A stretch of DNA of 64,000 nucleotides from Phoronis australis (lineage: Eukaryota > Animalia > Phoronida). The DNA lies in the NCBI GenBank assembly GCA_002633005.1, contig NMRA01000846.1, positions 1 through 64,000 of the forward strand, read 5' to 3'. Below are positions 59,501 to 64,000 of the stretch, one piece after another; the first letter of the stretch is position 1, and each line of letters opens with the position of its first letter. The notes beneath the pieces were generated by a model. It was given only the letters and a program-made list of their open reading frames with translations. It ran no database searches and was not told where the DNA came from. Both the position numbers and the translations under genes were made by a program.

Positions 59501-60821
59501 AAGCTAGGAGCGAGATTGTATTATTGGTTGTAGTCTGTGCGCAATATCACGAATGTTGTGCATTGAGATATCCTGAATTGGCAGTCCGTGTACTATTTAG
59601 TCTGTGAACGCATATAATCCCAATTAAATTCAAATAGCACAAACTCGAGGGTTCATTCATATTGACAAGAATTGCGGATAGGCGGTACCTTTTCTGCAAG
59701 TTTTGAAGAACTCTCGCGAGGTCCAGTTGGCCCCAAAATTTCCATTTTATCCCCACAAAAGGCCCACTGCATTGACTTCAGTTCCGCAAAAGGCGTACTA
59801 ATCGTAAAAGTTTATCCCCGCAAAAGGGGGTGGGAATTAGCAGACCTGGTACCCACAACAGCGAGCGCCTTGTCAATATGAGTGTCCCCCGGGAATATAA
59901 AAGGGCAAAAAGACTTTGTGTAGTAGGCATGGTGACTTTTTTCACGTTATCATGAAGTTTATAGTCAGGAGCTGGATATGTGTTTTGATCGGATGTCACG
60001 GCTAGCCCCCCCCCCCCCNTATGCCGCTGCGTAAAGAAAATCACAAGGATCCGCGACAGCTATCTAGAACTGGTCTGAACGCCCAGGTGGCTGAACGAGC
60101 ATCATTTCATAGCTGTGTTAGACGTCTCACATAAGAAAACAGCCACAGTCTTTAGGTCAAAGTAACGTTTTTGATAAATGGGGTGATATCAAACTACGCT
60201 GTGTGTAAACCCTTTATTAAAGAAAATGCAGAACTGAAAAACGGATATGGTATAATCATCTAATTGCATGTAAACGTGACTGAGCGGTTAGATAATTCAA
60301 AAGCACGCGTGCGGAATGTCTGACCATGATGCGTGAAGAAAATAAATGCTTTCTACGACCTGCTTATTGACGTTTTAACAGTTCTTCCACCGAATGCCGT
60401 AAATGATAAGTTATGGAGATATGTAATCATAACATATTTTAGGTAGGCTCAGTTTTGAGGGGAGCTGCAAAAGGATCATTGTGCGAAAGGCAGACATTCT
60501 TAAACGTAAACAAAATGTGCCGGCGTTAGCTAAGCTGCGCAAATCGCCACCAAAGACGCTTACGACGTTCCCACAAAGCCCACTTGTCGTTAAGGAATAC
60601 GTCACATAAACCTACCATTCTATTTACTCATGAAATGCTGAGCGACACGGGAATATTTAAAATTTTATAGTCACTTGACCCACAGCTTTGTCAATGTAAT
60701 TTCACTTTCTTACCTGTAGGTGGGTACGGATCACTGAGAAACTTCGCCTCGCATGTTGTCTCGTTGAGGCGATGGATCACGTGCGACTGAGCATTCATTC
60801 TGAAGAAGGTTATCCGTTCAC
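44252..60821 (-). CDS. CRHR: Class B1 (secretin-family) GPCR, corticotropin-releasing hormone/DH44/egg-laying hormone receptor-like; 11 exons, about 460 aa, 5' end possibly outside the window
   Basis: Exons 60821-60714, 55892-55743, 52016-51940, 50953-50856, 48734-48620, 48161-48008, 47471-47411, 46074-45996, 45798-45713, 45313-45136, 44527-44252 with consistent phases. Six-Cys hormone-binding domain, [54 protein letters not shown] (CRHR-like), YCFFNGEV. Confidence 0.95.
45136..45313 (-). CDS. CRHR: CRHR-like TM6-TM7 exon
   Basis: ttttcag|[59 protein letters not shown]|gtaag. Confidence 0.95.
45713..45798 (-). CDS. CRHR: CRHR-like TM5/ICL3 exon
   Basis: tttcag|[29 protein letters not shown]|gtaaa. 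Confidence 0.95.
45996..46074 (-). CDS. CRHR: CRHR-like ECL2/TM5 exon
   Basis: tttaag|CWMPEHDLRDERLDWLLIAPTLLVLL|gtaag. Confidence 0.93.
46181..46343. mobile_element. Small MITE
   Basis: cgttcagtaa...ctaggacct is inverted at aggtcctagcgttactgaacg. Confidence 0.65.
46696..47086. mobile_element. MITE with subterminal gctaaaacgct repeats
   Basis: cctggctcacatgctggctaaaacgctggcg vs reverse complement ctaggtttacatgagtggcgaaaatgctagcg. Confidence 0.65.
47411..47471 (-). CDS. CRHR: CRHR-like TM4 exon
   Basis: ttttcag|VLPVPFVIIWIILKTQLNNNE|gtaagt. Confidence 0.93.
48008..48161 (-). CDS. CRHR: CRHR-like TM3-TM4 exon
   Basis: atttcag|[51 protein letters not shown]|gtaagt. Confidence 0.95.
48620..48734 (-). 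CDS. CRHR: CRHR-like TM2 exon
   Basis: ttcag|[38 protein letters not shown]|gtaag. Confidence 0.95.
49680..50704. repeat. Direct duplication of about 380 bp across a single N (50325)
   Basis: 49680-50058 vs 50326-50704 nearly identical; 50059-50324 unique. Confidence 0.9.
50856..50953 (-). CDS. CRHR: CRHR-like TM1 exon
   Basis: tttcag|EPPSIAPYIIYFVGYSVSTIALVLAVFIFLYFK|gtaag. Confidence 0.95.
51940..52016 (-). CDS. CRHR: CRHR-like ECD exon
   Basis: atttcag|NATRLCSPLGVWENRTNYDNCLPEL|gtttgt (alternative in-frame donor 12 nt further). Confidence 0.9.
55743..55892 (-). CDS. CRHR: CRHR-like ECD exon
   Basis: ttgtag|DEGQVYCNSTWDGIMCIPTTLGGTKMRMKCPDAEAFSHIGNSENALIDTS|gtgagt. Confidence 0.92.
56440..56600 (-). 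mobile_element. THAP-domain remnant of a DNA transposon
   Basis: MLRCIVPACPN...GLSFFRL...RKWFAVVK matches the THAP N-terminal half (C-x4-C, F, W); the distal C-x2-H is missing and the sequence has an N at about 56439. Confidence 0.7.
56933..58099. mobile_element. Element of about 1.17 kb with ggc(a/g)gat(t/c)tagg TIRs, an internal tandem duplication and a tRNA-like segment
   Basis: Left ataggcagatttagg, right cctagatccgccactg; duplication about 57535-57730 / 57735-57980. Confidence 0.6.
57817..57890 (+). other. tRNA-derived SINE head / pseudo-tRNA
   Basis: A box TGGTGTAGTGGT and B box GAGTTCGAGTCC at tRNA spacing, followed by a T-run; acceptor and anticodon stems do not pair well. Confidence 0.65.
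58468..58653. repeat. Array of about 7 cgcgttgattaagca motifs at an element terminus
   Basis: About 21-bp periodicity; ends in cgcttcatagta, whose reverse complement tactatgaagcg recurs at about 63983. Confidence 0.7.
60714..60821 (-). CDS. CRHR: CRHR-like ECD exon (first Cys)
   Basis: tttcgacag|ERITFFRMNAQSHVIHRLNETTCEAKFLSDPYPPT|gtaag; in-frame ATG at 60798; acceptor position uncertain. Confidence 0.75.
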
Positions 60822-62340
60822 CTGTCGAAACGGCACAAACATTTCTTCAAACAATTCATTTCCAAATATTTGAAACAAAACAGAACGAAGTTTCAAATGC
60901 CCTCTTCCCGTTTAGAAACAGTGATCTATTTTTCTCATCTCGTTACTTATTTAGAGAAGACAGATAGTCGTAGATTAAAATCACCGCATGCAACCAAAAA
61001 ACACCAACTCAAGGCCATAGAAAATTCCACTTCCGACTATCTCAGAATAAGTCACTTATCACTTAAATTTATCAACGCTCGTGCCTTTGAAGTGAATTGA
61101 CTTGTGTCAAAGTGTTCATGAGTATTTATGAAGCTGTCATGTCGTAAACCAACTTGTTCATTGCTGGAGTAGTTCGCCAATTGGTAGTTACATCACGACG
61201 AGAGGCAATTTGCTAACGATACACTCGCTTCGTGGTTAGTTTACAAGATTGCAATGAACAGCAAAAAAAAAATGTTGCCCTTGCCGCTGTCACTGTTGCA
61301 GACGATGCTCATTCGTGGATCGTCATTCAGTGGCGGTCCATGACCTCCTGCTCAAGGTCAGCCAGTTGTCGAACTCCTCCAGCCGGCTTGGTCCTGGGCG
61401 TTCGTCAAAAGTCTTCTAATACCGCTGCTGTTATTTTTCATCCTGTTTTCGTAGCAACACACGCATGAAACAAAGGCACCCAGTGACCACATGCCGTATG
61501 ATCCAAAGGCAGTTCGGACGCCTGACCCTACCTCTGAGACAAAAATGCACACGTGACCGCTAGCCACACGCCTGATATGCATCCTTAGTCAAGCCTCACA
61601 TCAGATGGCAAATTTAGACCAAGAGATTCAATACATAACATTGGCGATGTATGATTGTCCGCACAGGTAGGGAGTTTATTGTTGAAATTTCACATTAGTT
61701 TCCGTTTGGGTGTCCATTTCCAAGTTTCAGGGTTCATCCATGCATTTCCTCAAAGGTGCGTTCTGGACGTATCCATGGAAAATCGTTCTTTTATAAGCCA
61801 GCAAGGACTATCGAACGCGTCTGCATGAAGCGTCTTCTGAGTAATGCCTGATTTTCATAGATGTGAATACTTTTCTACTAAATACGGTATCCACTTTCAA
61901 TTATAGTAGCAAACTTCAATTTTAATTACTTATCCGTCTCATCGATGCAGTCTCCTTGTGCTGTGTGTTTAGGTTTGTTTGTTCGTCTGTTCAAAATCCT
62001 ATGTATTTTGTTGTTATACTGTAGAAATTGTCTCTTGTAATTTTGAAATCTGTCAGTAAAGACCCTCGTTAAATGTTGTTATATTTATTAACCTGTCAGT
62101 ATGTATTGTTCTAGATTTGCAGGCAGTAATTTTATCGCTTCTTGTATTATTCTTAAGATGAAATAAATAGTTAAATTAGCCGATTTTCGAAACACTGCAC
62201 CATATTGAAATTCGTTATCTTGGCAGACAGCGATCATGTCGTCAAATACTGTAGCGCTACCTACGAATCTCATGTACTAAGGACGGGAAATTTCCACTTA
62301 CTGCTGTAAACAGCGTTTTAAAACGTTTGCAGTTCTCATA

Positions 62341-62490
62341 ATGCCTAAAAGTTTCCGTTGTTGTACGATGATCTGTACGAATGGCTCACGGAAAAAGGCA
62401 AACCTTGTGAAATATCCACGGATGAAGGAAATTATGCTCCATAAATTTCTCGCTCTGAAGAAGAATCCGCTGCTGCGCATGAAAACACGG
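62341..62490 (+). mobile_element. Degenerate THAP-like remnant
   Basis: MPKSFRCCTMICTNG...LHKF resembles the THAP start CCxxxCxN...FHxFP. Confidence 0.45.
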
Positions 62491-63297
62491 GAGAATTTTG
62501 ATCAGAGCCGATGTCAAAAAGCTAAAATAACCTATTCAAATAATGGGAGGGCTCACACTGAAATTTATTCCTCAACTTTTAAAGTCATGAACCACTGCGT
62601 AGTAATTGAATTTATGTCGCTTTCACGCTTCGATAACTCTAGAGAGCGCCAATGTGAAAAGTGCGCTATTGGAGAGACATTTTATAATGTGCAAATGCTT
62701 CTGTAGTCAATAACGAGCGACTGACACGGGGTAGCAGAACCTTGCCACGAGGTTGTCATGAGAATAAAGCCTTTTCAGGTAATAAGGCAGATCTGCCGTC
62801 TGTTTGGGGAGGGAGGAGCGGGGGGAGGGGGGGGGGGCGATAACAAGGTAGATGACCTGATCGTTCACATGCGATTTTTTCAAACGGCTGACCAGAAGTT
62901 GGATCTGCTTTTTGATCGGACGGGATGTGAACACTGTAGTCCGCAGAGTATAATGAATGTTCCGATCTCAGTTGATGAAAGGTTCCAGTAGTTTGTTGAA
63001 ATATTAGCATGGAAGACATAAGCATGTTCTCTCTGGCACTCGTATGATGCAAGGCGAGACTTATTCATTGTCGTTGTTAACGCACAACACTGAATTATTT
63101 TTTGCTAGTTCCCGGATGAAAAAATGGCTGCTTTCTCAAAGTTATTGTATGGTAGTAATGCAATTACGGTTGGTCCAATTTCGGTCGTATTTATGCTCAT
63201 CGAGGTGTCTGGAGCATAAGATGTAACTCCCAATGCGTGGTTAGCTACATGATTCTTGGCGAGTAATAATACACTTGTCAAACTTTCAAAAAGACCT

Positions 63298-63546
63298 TGG
63301 GCCTGTTCCAAGAAACTGGCTTAAGTTCATTTTTACTTAAGATTAAGATTTGTCTTAAATTCCAAACTTTGAAACTTCCACATTCTGTCAGTTAGTGAAA
63401 TTAAAGACAAAACTTACGTCACACAGTTAATTCAAACTTAAGATCTCTTTCTTGAATTGGTTTTGAGTCAAATTTAACATTTATTTTAAAATTTACTAAA
63501 ATTTAGGATTAGTCTTAGCTAAGTCAGTTTTGTTGGAACGGGACCC
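63298..63546. mobile_element. Harbinger-like MITE
   Basis: gggcctgttccaagaaactggctta vs reverse complement gggtcccgttccaacaaaactgactta. Confidence 0.7.
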
Positions 63547-64000
63547 TTGTAATTAGGTATATAAGATATAGTCGCAGATGCAAAAACATCACTAAGGGAC
63601 ACCAGAGTAGTAGAACGCAACTGAAAAATTCACGTCAGTCGCGCTCTTGTCAGTAACAATACATCTGCAAAAATAATAAGAAGAATAATGGCCACTGACA
63701 GGTGCAGAATACGTTAGAACTATCCCAAAATGGAAAGCTTCTGCTGTAGAAATAGAAACTTGTTTGTCAAGTTTCATTAAAAAACGTCGAAGAATTCTGA
63801 AGACAGAGAGGGCAACGTGAAAACTGAAACTGCCGATAGGGGGCACAGTGGTAGCCAAAACCGTCCAAAAGTTGTTGGCAGCCGTAGTCACATTTACAGG
63901 GTACCACTTGCAAAACTTTACAAAAACCTTTCAAAGTAAAAAGGAGTTATAATCGATGACAAAAAATAAACATCAAAGCCATTACTATGAAGCGCCACAG

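Noticed and set aside
60800-60833. CTGAAGA...GAAAC hammerhead-like string antisense to the receptor exon
   Set aside because: No NUH cleavage triplet or stem I; explained by the exon and acceptor sequence.
63105-63311. Weak resemblance to RT GPLLFLLYIND (GPTVIALLPYNN)
   Set aside because: Too degenerate to support without a search.
1-64000. CRISPR arrays, operons or other prokaryotic systems
   Set aside because: The tandem repeats have no unique spacers and all genes have spliceosomal introns; the window is eukaryotic.

Overview
Intron-rich, repeat-rich animal genomic DNA (AT-rich; probably a marine invertebrate bilaterian, species not determinable). The ORF track is mostly spurious, but three spliced genes can be rebuilt by hand from GT-AG boundaries. 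(1) The 5' end of an IA-2/PTPRN(2)-type receptor tyrosine phosphatase-like gene on the minus strand: signal-peptide exon 17269-17380, a 15.5 kb intron and a 51-nt Cys exon at 1707-1757; it continues off the left edge. (2) A complete 10-exon, 374-aa zinc-dependent medium-chain alcohol dehydrogenase on the plus strand (25628-40688) resembling the largely bacterial 6-hydroxyhexanoate-dehydrogenase-like subfamily. (3) An 11-exon class B1 GPCR of the CRH/DH44/egg-laying-hormone receptor family on the minus strand (60821-44252), with unusual substitutions at normally invariant positions. Introns and intergenic DNA hold many TIR/MITE families, a 5'-truncated RTE-X-like LINE inserted inside a MITE, Penelope and RTE remnants, two THAP remnants, a tRNA-derived SINE head and tandem repeats. 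Two N-joined duplications look like haplotype assembly artefacts. All family assignments are from motif recognition; no database search was run.
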